64,000 nucleotides of DNA from the NCBI RefSeq assembly GCF_006345805.1, contig NC_043004.1:69812001-69876000 (forward strand), given 5' to 3'. Positions within the stretch are counted from its first letter, which is position 1. Each line of letters starts with the position of its first letter. A program made the translations under genes and the position numbers. Below the pieces are notes generated by a model, which saw only the letters and a list, made by a program, of their open reading frames with translations, was not told the origin of the DNA and ran no database searches. Shown piece after piece: positions 14,841 through 27,268 of the stretch. The DNA is from Octopus sinensis. Its lineage: Eukaryota.

Positions 14841-15688
14841 TATTTGTGTTTGTGTACATACATGTATACATGTCTACATATACATATAAGTGTATATACA
14901 TTTATATAAATGTTGTGGGTATATATATATGCGTGTGTGAATTTATATATACATGTTTATATCAACATATACACATAAATATCATGCATATATATATATA
15001 CACATTTCTTTGTGTGTGAATGTGTATAATAAGTGTGTGTTTGTGTATGTATGCAATTAGCACTTAGTAAACACAGAATATCAATTTCACTGAGAGAAAA
15101 TATCAAAAAATCTTAATTAAAAAATTTTTAAACAAGTTTTTTTTTTTTTTTCATATTCATTAAGCTTTCAGTAATGAATTTATGCAACTATTAAATTAGA
15201 TTTTAAAAATAACAAGTTTACCATAAACACACAAAAATCATCTCAGAGGAAAGAAATAACAATACCTAGGAGGTGTGGGTGGGGGGCAGAGAAGACAAAT
15301 TTTTTTTTCTCCTTTTTTCTTGCATTTTTTCTTCACATTGTTTTAAGAGACAAGTTGAAGTAGAATTAAGAAAGAAAAATTGTTATCATTATTATTGTTG
15401 TTATGATTATTATTATTATTCTAATAATGAAATTATTACTTAGCACCATTCATTAACAACTATGAAATATGTATGTATGTGTTAAATAACTTCTGCTGCC
15501 TACTATAATTATTTAGAAGAACTAGAACGTACTTGACAGTGTGAATTAGCAAATCAACTGTTAGCACAAGACAATGATGGTAGAAAGGAAACCAAAAAAA
15601 AAATAATAATAATAATCAAAAGCAGAGCATGCAAAGATAGTGGCAGCAGGAAAGCATTCAACGAAGAGGGTGGAACCGATTTCCATAC

Positions 15689-16015
15689 TGGGGAAAGAAG
15701 AAATCCCGGGTAGGAAAGAACTGATCTGTGCAGATGGCTGGGTTGCCGGAGTAGTAGTAGTAGAAGTAGTAGTAGTAGTAGTAATAGGTATCACATCAGT
15801 AGTCAATGCCACTGGAATCTGTGACTGAGATGCTGGTGATGACAATGTATTTACAATGCAAGTGGTGCTTGATGCCTCACTACTACTAGGTGAAACGGTT
15901 GGTGGGGGTGAAGATGATGTCACAGAGGTGGACGACACAACTTGTAGTTGTGGAGAACCCAGTTGTGGTTGAGGTTGTTGTGTTGGAGGCTGTAACAGCT
16001 GTGTCGCTGCTTGAG
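15689..16015 (-). CDS. TCERG1: TCERG1-like exon 5, Q/S/T-rich low-complexity linker (3' end ambiguous: 15881 or 15689)
   Basis: Acceptor CCCTCTTCTTGTGTTTGCAG|CT, phase 1, continues the frame (AQAATQLLQPPTQQ). Two candidate phase-1 donors: GTGAGG at 15880 and GTATGG at 15688. Confidence 0.7.
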
Positions 16016-17331
16016 CTGCAAACACAAGAAGAGGGAATTCAGCTCAAAATATTTCCAACTCTCAAAAAGATAACAATTTTGAGACTGGAGTTGTTAATTT
16101 TGAACTTAGAATAAATCTAATGTTTCTTTTTTTTTTATTTTTAAGAAAGTTTGTTCTGCTACTAAGGATTAATGTCTTAGAATAATAATAATACTATTTC
16201 TTTGTTATGTTATTCATAATTAACAAATTAAGATGATATATATATATATATATACATATATATACACACGAAAATTAACACTTGAATCATCGAAAAAAAA
16301 ACAATTTTGAGTAAGAAATATATATCTATAAAATCGTGAAACCTATACTAAATGTGCTCAGAAATATCTCTTTATATGATCAAATATATTCACTTAGTGT
16401 ATCTATATATAAAATAAAACAAAAAATATCTGAATACACAATAGTAATTTATCAACAAAAATAAGAAAGTAAAAAACAAAAGTTGCATTTGCTCCCATTA
16501 ACACATCACATAAATTATTTCCAAAACCTAGTAATATAATTTGTAACTGTGAACCAACCAATGTTTTATAAGTAGAATAGGCCTATTTTACCATGCTTGT
16601 ATGAGTTGCATGAATATGTTACTTCAGGCATTGTTTTATAAGCCTTCCTAACTCCAACTGTTACTTGTTTTTCAAGTAAGTGATTTTTTATTCCCAGTGG
16701 CTTCAAAGGCTTGAAGCAACCAGGTGATTTGTTAAAAGTACAAGTGACCACAGACACCAATCCACATGCAAATACACACAATTATCTTCTTTCAGTTTCT
16801 GTCTACTAAATCCACTTACAAAGCTTTGGTCATCACAGTCCAGGGTTATAGTAAAAGACATCTGCCCAAGGCAGCAGTGCAGTAGGACTGAACCTGAAAG
16901 CACAAAGTTAAGAAGTGAACTTCTGAATCACACACAGCCATGCTGGTGTTCATGAGCCTGAAACTTTGTGTGTGTGTTTCCAAAACTTTTTGTGTGTGTG
17001 TGTGTGTGTGTTCCCAAAGACAACTTCTTAACAACCCAAATTCATTGCTCAATAAGTACTCTTTGAAATATGAATAATGCTTCCAGAAAAAGCCAGTACA
17101 TCACGTTCCTTCTCCTATAAATTTAATACTCCATCTCAATGTATAAAGAGGTTATAGTTTTACGCAAGATACAAGTAACATTTAAGAAATTATATTAAAA
17201 ACAAAACTAACCCACACCTAAACTATAATTTATCAATCAAGCGATTAACTCTACAGACAGAATTATAATAAAATGCATGCAAAAAAAAAAAAGAAAGAAC
17301 AAAAAAACTTGACTGTCAAATGCAAACTTAC

Positions 17332-17527
17332 CTTGTGCCACAGCTGGTTGAGCAGCAGCAGTTGTTGTAGTACCCCCTGGAGAGGATACAGTATTAGTGG
17401 TAACAGTAGGTGGGGTCTGACTAGTCATTTGAGCAGCCATTGCTTCTACCTCTGATTGAGTGATGATTTTCACATTCTCTGGCTTTGTCCACGCAGATTC
17501 TCGGGTTCGTGCATTGTAATAGTAACT
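17332..17527 (-). CDS. TCERG1: TCERG1-like exon 4 (SYYYNARTRESAWTKPENVKIITQSEV...), end of WW1
   Basis: Acceptor TTTTTTATAG| and donor CAAG|GTAAGT. 196 nt, phase 0 to 1. YYYNARTRESAWTKP matches the TCERG1 WW1 motif as I recall it. Confidence 0.93.
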
Positions 17528-18578
17528 CTATAAAAAAGTTTTGAATAAAAATTATCATTATTATTTTTACTATTATTATTACTCATCATCATTGTTTAAC
17601 GTCTGCTCTCTATGCTGGCATGGACTGAGTTGAACAGTTTGACAAGAGCTGGCAAGCCAGAGGGCTACACCAAGGTTTCTATGGTTGGTTGATCTTAATG
17701 TCAACCACTTTAGTGTGTAGTAGGTGCTTTAATCAGGATACCAGTACTAGGGAGAGTTGAAGGAGGTAGCTCTGTGCCAGTTGATGAGAGGTTGAAAGAA
17801 TAAGAGAGATAAAAATATGCGTCTTGCTATAAAAGAGATACAAGGATATCCTAGTTGAAGAAGGGAGGAGATTTAGAGAGGAAGATAGAGATGGAAAGAG
17901 TGGGAGAAATGGTGGGAGGTATTTGTCAGGACATAGCTTCAAGGAACAGTGGTGGGACAGAGGAATATAAGTGAAGTGATATAGAGGATTGGACTGGTTG
18001 CAGGGACAGAGGGCAAAATTTCATAAAAATATGAGAGGCAATGATTAGAGATGGCTTCAATAATAGAAAGTGAGAGACTAGGAATGGGTGCGGGTGGTTC
18101 AAGCACATATGTGACTATATGTTAAAAGTTTGCTTCTAAACTACATGATTTAAGGTTCAGTCCCTCTGTACAGCACTTTAGGCAAGTGTCTTTTACTCTA
18201 AGCCCAGGCACATCAAAGCCTTGCGAGTGGATTTGGTACGCAGAAACTACAAAAAGCCAATAATTTTTGTGTGTGTGCCTTGACATCACATGATAGTTGT
18301 AAATGTTACCATCATGCAAGCAGTGTCTGTTTCCAATCTTCTGAGACATCTGGTCATGGGGAAATATTACCTTACTTGGAAAAAGGTAAGGGTTAGGAAC
18401 TGGAAGGGCATCCAGCTGTTGAAAAATCTTCCTCAATGAATTCCATCTGAACCATGTGAGCATGGAAAACTGGACATTAAACAATAACAATAATGATGAA
18501 ATATCTAATTAATAACTACATAATTAATTGAAAGTTAATATATAATTTGAAAAAAATTCTTTTTATTTTTTTGCTTAC

Positions 18579-18767
18579 CTTTCCTTCAGCTGTTTTGGTC
18601 TCAACCCATAATTCTTGATTTCCAACATCAAGAGAGTTGCTCTGAGACGGCAAGGCTGATATTGAGTTTGGTGGGGCATTAGATACTGGAGGGGGTAGAG
18701 AAAATCCAGGAGGGGGAACAGAAAAGTTGGGTGGGGGGATGTTGGGTGGAGGCATCATTGGGGGTCT
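18579..18767 (-). CDS. TCERG1: TCERG1-like exon 3 (RPPMMPPP...ELWVETKTAEGK), start of WW1
   Basis: Acceptor TTTTAG|AGA and donor AAG|GTAAGC. 189 nt, phase 0 to 0. Confidence 0.92.
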
Positions 18768-18892
18768 CTAAAATACAAGAAAAAAATATTTTAGGGTACT
18801 CTCAAGAAAATATGCAGATATCATCAAATAGTGATACAAAGGTTAAATCAAAATTGTCAATACCAACACAAAAAAATAAAGAGATAACTTAC

Positions 18893-19319
18893 AGGTGGTC
18901 CAGGTGGCCCTGGGGGTCCTTGTTGCATTCCTGGAGGACCATGTGGCGGACCAGGTGGACCATGAGGAGACATTCCAGGTGGTCCATGTGGTCCTGGGCC
19001 TGGTCCATGTGGCCCTGGTCCTCCCATACCTGGTGGTGGTGGCATACCACCACCTGGCATACCACCACCATGAGGACCATGCATTCCAGGTGGAGGGCCG
19101 TAATTTGGATCGAATGGCGGCCTACCAAAAGGCGGACCACGAGGACCTCCGGGTCCTGGTGGGGGACCTCTCATCCCAGGTGGCGGTGGACCCCTCATAC
19201 CAGGAGGTGGTGGGCCTCTCATCATTCCTGGTGGTGGACCTGGTGGTCCCCGAAATCGAGGAGGAGGGCCAGGAGGAGGGCCACGTCCAAAGTGGGGTGG
19301 TGGTCCTGGGGGACCAGGC
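18893..19319 (-). CDS. TCERG1: TCERG1-like exon 2, Pro/Gly-rich N-terminus with RGPPPPGM repeats
   Basis: Acceptor TTTTTTCCAG|G and donor CCT|GTAAGT. 427 nt, phase 2 to 0. Matches track ORF 18857..19225. Confidence 0.9.
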
Positions 19320-19686
19320 CTGGAAAAAAAAAGAGAAAAAAAATCTTTAAGAAGAAATATTCATAATTAAATTGGAACAATAACACCACCAACAATTAAT
19401 TACAATAAGGGGATCTGTTCAGTTTGGCTCAAATTTTTTAATTTTTTTTAACTGTTTGAAACTTCATATACTGGTGGAATGTCTCACACAGAACACTGGT
19501 TACTTAGAACATTTTTAACAAAATCTGGTATTTTAGAAGTTGTGTTAAAGTTTCCGTATCTGGGTAATTTCCACCAATTGACGATGTATATTCGGTTGAA
19601 GAAAGCTACTGCTGTTTGCAATAGTAATCAAAGAGGAACAACTTCTGGGTCATCTCTACTAAATGTCACCACTCTGTTCTATTCGT

Positions 19687-21510
19687 ATCATCATCATCAT
19701 CGTTTAACGTCCGTTCTCCATGCTAGCATGAGTTGGATGGTTCGACCGGGGATCTGGGAAGCCAGAAGGCTGCACCAGGCTCCGGTCTTATCTGGCAATG
19801 TTTCTACAGCTGGATGCCCTTCCTAACACCAACCACTCCGTGAGTGTAGTGGGTGCTTTTTACGTGCCAGGTGAGGCTGGCATCGGCCACGGTCGGATTG
19901 GTGCATTTTACGTACCACCTGCATGGAAGCCAGTCGAGGCAGCACTGGCTTCGGCCACGATTCGGATAGTGCTTTTTACGTAACTCCAGTCCAGGGGTCC
20001 TGGCATCTGCCGGGTGCCAGTCATAGGATTGGTTCAATTTCGATTCCGATTTCACTTGCCCCAACAGGTCTTCGCAAGCATAGGTGCCTGTCATCGGATG
20101 AGGTTTGATATCGACTTCGCTTGCCTCAACAGGTCTTTGTGTGTCCAAGGGAGGAAAGGCATGCATAAGTGGGCTGGACTCACTTGTCCTGCTTGGTCTT
20201 TTCACGCACAGCATATTTCCAAAGGTCTCGGTCGCTGGTCATTTCCTCAGTGAGACCTAAAGTTCGAAGGTCGTGCTTCACCACCTCGTCCCAAGTTTTC
20301 CTGGGTCTACCTCTTCCACGGTTCCCTCCACTGCTAGGGATTGGCACTTTTTCACACACCTATCTTCATCCATTCTCGCCACATGACCATACCAGCGCAA
20401 TCGTCTCTCTTGCACACCACAACTGATGCTCCTTAGGTCCAACATTTCTCTCAGGGTACTAACACTCTGTCGAGCATGCACACTGACATTACACATCCAT
20501 CTGATCATACTGGCTTCATTTCTCGTGAGCTTACGCATGTCCTCAGCAGTCACGGCCCATGTTTCACTGCCATGTAGCATGGCTGTTCGTACACATGCAT
20601 CATACAGTCTGCCTTTTACTCTGAGCGAGAGGCCTTTAGTCACCAGCAGAGGTAAGAGCTCCCTAAACTTTGCCCATGCTATTCTTACTCTAGCCGTTAC
20701 ACTTTCGGCACACCCACCCCCACTACTGACTTGGTCACCAAGATAACGGAAGCTATCAACTACTTCTAGTTTTTCCCCCCTGGAAAGTGACGGAAGTTGT
20801 TTTCTGCAGATTTTCAGAGGTTAATGCTCCCAAGCATCTGCCACATACAAAAACCATCTTCCTAGTTAGCCTTCCTATGACATTGCTGCACCTCTATGTG
20901 TCCATAGCTTACACTTGGTGCATCTTATAGAGTTTCTACCTACACCTTTTCTACAGATGAGCAGGCCATCTACCAGAAGGCGTTTGTGATTTGTCTACCT
21001 TCCTACTTATTATGACTTTGTTTTTAGCTAGATTGACTCTAAGGCCCTTCGATTCTAAACCTTGCTTCCACACCTGAAACTTCTCCTCCAGTTCTGATAG
21101 TGACTCAGCAATTAGAGCAAGGTCATCAGCATAGAGGAGCTCCCAGGGGCATCCTGTCTTGAATTCCTCCGTTATTGCCTGGAGGACTATGATAAATAGG
21201 AGGGGGCTGAGGACTGAGCCTTGGTGGACCCCTACCTCTACCCGGAATTCTTCACTGTACTCGTTGCCACCCTCACCTTACTAGCAGCGTCCCTGTACAT
21301 GGCTCGCACAGCTCTCACAACCATTCATCTATCCCTAGTTTCCTCATTGACCACCAGATGAGGGATCGGAGGACCCTGTCGAAGGCTTCTCCATGTCGAC
21401 AAAAGCCAGGTACAGGGGCTTATCTTTGGCTAGGTATTTCTCCTGCAGCTGCCTTACCAGGAATATAGCATCAGTGGTACTTTTCCCTGGCATGAACCCA
21501 AACTGCATCT
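19687..21510 (-). mobile_element. 5'-truncated RTE-clade LINE (RT C-terminal half plus 3' UTR), frameshifted
   Basis: QFGFMPGKSTTDAIFLVRQLQEKYLAKDK, LYADDL, LHGSETWAVT, RRLRWYGHVARM and a (GAT)n tail. Confidence 0.9.
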
Positions 21511-23116
21511 GTCTAACGAAAATGATGCCACCTTTATCTTTTCTTCCTTTCTAGTCAGCACTGTGCATTCCTTACTCTTTCCCTCCCTTCTACACTATCA
21601 ATTACATCGCAACCAGCAAGCGAACTTGTCACTGCCACTACAATTACCATATTTTCCGGTGTGTAAGACGCTATTTGTTTTGTTTTACCTTCATTTTTAA
21701 TTCAATAAAGACTTTTATATTGACGAAATGTGTTTGTTGTTGATTACAGTAAGATAAAATCATGACAATAACAATCCATCTCAGTTGTAAAATAACGATT
21801 TTTCAAACTACATATACATCAACAACATAAAAGCTAGCTGCGGACTCATAACTATATAGCTATTTTAAACACCGGTGCACTCTATGTGCAGATAAAACAC
21901 CGATGTCAGGCAAACGAATAAATATACGCAAATAATATTTCTTCCTTCTTGGTGTTGATTCATCAATGTTTACAGGTTACTCTGACAAGAGAACCTATAT
22001 ATATATATCATCATCATCATCATCGTTTAACGTCCGTTTTCCGCGCTAGCACGGGTTGGACGGTTTGACCGGGGTCTGGGGAGCCAGGGGCTGCCCCAGG
22101 CTCCAGTCTGATCTGGCAGTGTTTCTACAGCTGGATGCCTTCCTAACGCCAACCACTCCGCGAGTGTAGTGGGTGCTTTTTACGTGCCACCTGCACAGGT
22201 GCCAGAGGGGTCTGGCATCGGCCACGATCGGTTATTGCCTTTTTTCGTTGCATTGCGGCAGGTTCCGGCAGAGAGAAGAGAGGGAGTGGGGGGGGGTGGT
22301 GCATGTAATATAGGGGAGCACCAGTGGGGAAGGTTGGTAAAAGAGAAACGATGACAGGTAGGGTTGGTGGCAGGTTCTAGACAGAATGAAAAGTAGGAAG
22401 TAAAACGTAGGATATCACGAGTGGGGGAGGGGGCTGGAAGGAGATAGCCGGTTGAGGCAGTGACACATTTCAAACAAGAGGAACATAAGATAACAGGTTA
22501 AGTGGGACTTTTGATGAGCTGCGGCACTAGCTGCTTCTGTCCAGGGGAAGAGAGGCAGGGGTAAATACATAGTGAGAAAGTATATTGAGGAGGAGGGGTA
22601 GGAGGAACAGACATACATAGTGGTGGTGGTGGTAGAGGGGATGGTGTAAACAGAGTGTCTCCGGTATGGGTGGTGGGGGTGGGAGGGCGGGCGAACCGCG
22701 AATGGCGGGCTGCGGAGATTTTTGATTGGGGACAGTAGTGTAAAGACTTAAGCAATCGGGGTTTGAAGAAATGAACAGAGTAACGAACGAATTAACTTGG
22801 TACCGAGGGGTTAAACAAATTAAAGGCTTATATTTTAAGAACAAGCAGAATTAGTGAATAGATTCGAACATTTAAGGGTTAGCGGCAAATGTATGTGTAT
22901 AGTACAAGAGTCGGAAGAAATGAAATGAGAATTCTTAGCTTGCTTGCTATGATCATCGCTGTGTGGTCAAGAAAGGGTGAATGAAAGAGAAGCACACGAG
23001 GTGATTATTTATATAGGTTCACCGGAAGTGGGTTGGAAAGACGGAAGTTTTGATTGAAGACAGGGCAGTAGAGTAATGGCGGAGGACGAACGAAATATCT
23101 TCATACCGAGGCATTA

Positions 23117-23147
<31 letters not shown>

Positions 23148-26100
23148 TAGCGTGTAATATGCAACACAGGCAATAAACAATAAATAAAATAGAACAGAGT
23201 GGAGACATTTAGTAGAGATGATCCAAAAGTTGTTCCTCTTCAATTACTATCACAAACAGCTTTCTTCAACCTAATACAGGTCATTGGTTGGTTGAAATTA
23301 ACCAAATACAACAACTTTAACACAAAATAACTTCTAAAATACCAAATTTTGTCAAAAATGTTCAAAGTAAACCATGTTCTGTGTGAGACATTCCACAAGT
23401 ATACAAAGTTTCAAACTGTTTAGTTAAAAAAATCTGTGAGCCAAACTGAACAGATCCCAATAAGGTAGCAAGCTGGCAAAACTATGGACTGCATCAGGCA
23501 AAATGTTTAGCAGTAGTTCTTTCAGCACTTTACATTCTGTGTTCAAATCCTGCCAAGATCAACTTTGCTTTTCATCCTTCCAGGGTCAATGAAATAAAGT
23601 ACCAGTCAAGTACTGGAAATCAATGTTGCCAATTAACTGTTCCCTTCAAAAGAAAAACGAGAAAAAAATCTGCTTGCCTTACATCAAAATTTGAAACAAC
23701 TACAATGAGGTTACAAATATTTTATTTGTTTATTCATTCTATTTATTATATTGATATTTACTGAACTTTGAACCCTTTTTATCTTCAGTTATGCTAATTA
23801 ACCAAGTGGATCACTTAAGTTCAGAACTGATATCTTGCAGAGATTAATCAAAATGCCTTATGTTGATATTAGCAGTAAAAACACTCACAAACAGAGCATA
23901 TTGAGCTAATCCTCAGCTGAATCTGTATTTTAATCTTCATCATCATTTAACGTCCATGTTCCATGCTGGCATGGGTTGGATGGTTTGAAAAGGATCCAAT
24001 GAGTCAAGACTCATTGGATGGTTTGACAAGGATCCAATGAGTCAAGACTGCATCGTACTCCAGGGTCTGCTTTGGCGGTTTCTACAGCAGGATGCCCTTC
24101 TTAAAACTAACAACTTAGCAGTGTGTACTGGGTACTTTTCTCTGTACCACCAGCACTCCTGAGGTCACCATGTAGCTCAAGTCAACAAACCCAGAGAGGA
24201 AAGATATTGCCTCTGTATGTTAAGGTATGAGGGAAAAGTTTAGAGTAGAACAGGTTCTTATTGTGGAGAAGCTACATGGCTACTCACATGTAGGGGGGAG
24301 AGAGAGAGTGAAAATGAAGTAGGAGTATCTCCAAAGAGATAGACAGTGGTGATGAGATGTCCAGGTGGCACCTCAGGTAGCAGGTACAGTAGTAGGTGAA
24401 GATTTATTTCAAACATCAACACAAGGCCTCATAGTCAAATTAACAATCAACTTTTACTAATACTTTGTTAGTACCAGAGCAGTGGAGTTGAAACAAAAAA
24501 CCTGACTGACTCCTCTACTATTGGCACTTCCGACTAACTCCTCTTTATGTAATTAAGTGATTGTGGTCTACATATCTCATAAAGCATAGGCATACGCTTG
24601 TACTTTGAGTAGGCCAATATAAGTGGTTTATATTAAAGAATAAAGATTGTGAGTCAGAGTCGGTATAGTTTTACCAACTCTGACTCCACAACTGACTTCA
24701 CAACCCTGGTTGGTACTCCACCCCACCAATGTTGAAAAAATTCAACCTTGGTGGGAATGGAATTTAGAATAAACAACCGTAATTAAAGCTCAGAAGACAT
24801 TTTATCTGATCCTCTCTTGATTCTGCTTATCCACAGCTTTAATTTCTGACATGGACACAAAGTTTCAAAATGTCAGGTAATGGGTATGACCAATTAGATT
24901 GAACCCAATATAACTGAATATAACTGGTATCTTTTTTTTTTTTTTTTTTAAATCAACCCCAAAACAACGTAAGATGATACCAATGTCAGCAGGATTTGAA
25001 CTCAGAGTGTAAAATTTCAAATTCAAAATGTTTAATGGTATCTCATCTATCTCTATGCTCTGAGTTCAAATTTCATTGAAGTCAACTTTGCTTTCCATTC
25101 TTTCAGGGTCAATGAAATAAGTACCAGTCAAGTACTGGGGTCAATGTAATCGACTAGCCCCTTCCCAGAAAATTTCAGGCCTTGTACCTATAGCAGAAAG
25201 GTTGGCAGAATTGTTAGTATGCCGGGGAAAATGCTTAGCGACATTTTGTCCATCTTTACATTCTTCTGAGTTCAAATTTTGCCATGTTCAGCTTTGCTTT
25301 TCATCCTTTCAGGGTCAATAAACGAAGTGCCAGTTGAACACTGGGGTCAATTTAATTGACTAAGCCCCCTCCCCTGAACTTGCTAGTTTTGTGCCAAAAT
25401 TTGAAACCATTATTACTATCATTTTAATAATAATAATAATATAGGGTGTTGGAGCAGTCATAATTTTGTACGTCATTGGATTATTTCAATTATTTTACTA
25501 GTGTCTGTCTGTCTGTCCTGAATTCAAATCCCACTAATATCGACTTTTCCATTCATCTTTCTGAAGTGGCTAAAATAAACCATCAACTAAGAGCTAGCAT
25601 TAATTAAATTTACTCCAGCCACTTTACAAAATTCATTACAGACAAGTGTCAAAATTAGAAATCTAATTATAAATTACTATTGTTGTATTGTATCAGATTC
25701 CACTGGATCACTGAATTCTTGATCACATGCAGGTATTGTTGTGAGATATCAGTGTGGCTATGTGGCAAGAACATTGCATCCTAACCACATGGTTCCAAGT
25801 TCAATCCCACTGCAAGATACCTTGGACAAAGAAACCCCTGTGTGTGTTACTGTCATGTGATAGTTGTAAACAAGTTTCACTGTAATGCAAGTGGCACTCT
25901 TCATTTCAAGTATTCTGAGAACATGTCTTGTCATGGGGAAATAATACCTTACCTGAAAACAGGTGAGAGTTTGCAACAAGAAGGTCATCTACTATAGAAA
26001 ATTCACCTGAACAAATTCCATGCAACCCATGTCAGCATGGAAAATGAACATTAAAAAATGATAATGGTGATGCATGGAATTGGTGGCTAATGTTCTCAAA

Positions 26101-26887
26101 TCCTTTTCTTTGGCCATTTAATGGTTTCAGGAATCAGCCAAACATGTGAGGGACATTTATGCAAAACAACCAAGTGAAGAAAACAAGGAGCAATAAACTC
26201 TACTAAGAAATTTGGTAAAGCTGACCTTGACAAGACATTATAACTAAACACTGCAAAGAATTTTGTCTGATAGTCAATCAATTTCTTTCAAGTAATAATT
26301 GATAATGACACAAAAATATATAATCGTCATCATCATCATTTAACATTTGTTTTTCATATTGGCATGGGTTGGGTGGTTCAACAGCAGCTCAGGCTCTCTG
26401 TTTATATTGACATGGTTTCTTTGATTGGATGCCCTTTGCAATGTCAACCACTATCCAGAGTGTACTGGGTGCTTTTTACGTGGCACCAGCACAGATTGCT
26501 TATGTGAAATAATTCAGGTAGAACACAAAGTAGATAAAAGGTAGATAGGAGCAGGTTAATAAAGAGTTTTAACACCCTTCAGATAGAGGGGGGGGGACTA
26601 TGACTGCAAATGTATTCATGAATAAAATTCAGTTGAAAAAGTTTATTTCATTCAATGGTCCTAGAAGTGACTAAAGCAATGATGTGATTTGGTGTGTTAA
26701 GGGCAATCAAATTAAATACACATATACAGAAAATATCAAACATTTTTATTGAATAATCATTGTGTTGCAATAAATAGTTTTTCTATATACACATTCACTG
26801 ACATACTGACTCGCTCATTCCAAATTCCTGTCTGCAATGAACTGTTTGTGGGAAAGTGGTGTTTGTAATGGTTTCATATTGGAAGTC

Positions 26888-27268
26888 TAAGAAGAAAAGT
26901 ACTTCCCAGGCCCGCTTATGGCATTAATAAGTTGACTGTCAGCAATCATAATTGGTGATGATGTCAGCCAGATTAAATGAATGCTTATGGCCATATATTG
27001 CACTAACAATACATGACAAGGATTGCAAGACAAAGTTATGATATATTTCTTTTCTACCCACAAGGGGCTAAACACAGAGGGGGACAAACAAAGACAGACA
27101 AAGGGATTAAGTCTATTACATCGACTCCAGTGAGAAACTGGTACTTTATTTATCGACCCCGAAAGGATGAAAGGCAAAGTCGACCTTGGCGGAATTTGAA
27201 CTCAGAACGTAACGACAGACGAAATACGGCTACGCATTTCGCCCGGCGTGCTAACGTTTCTGCCAGCT
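26888..27268 (-). mobile_element. tRNA-derived SINE family C. Other copies near 8340(-), 23480(+), 25060-25410(+), 48410(+), 49050(+), 63820(-)
   Basis: Head GGCAGAAACGTTAGCACGCCGGG...GAGTTCAAATTCCGCC (B-box-like) followed by GTCGACTTTGCCTTTCATCCTTTCGGGGTCGAT. Confidence 0.8.

Noticed and set aside
15262-15345. Possible extra exon ending CCTAG|GTATTG (KKCKKKGEKKICLLCPPPTPP)
   Set aside because: It would end in phase 2, which does not fit the neighbouring phase-1 junctions, and it has no convincing acceptor.
18731-19366. Plus-strand ORFs of 211 aa and 151 aa, and minus-strand ORF 18889..19140
   Set aside because: Shadow frames of the GC-rich Pro/Gly exon 2 of TCERG1, with no independent splice or start signals.
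22230-23110. G/purine-rich block with several short minus-strand ORFs
   Set aside because: No recognisable protein motif. It is probably an unclassified TE fragment and cannot be assigned without a search.
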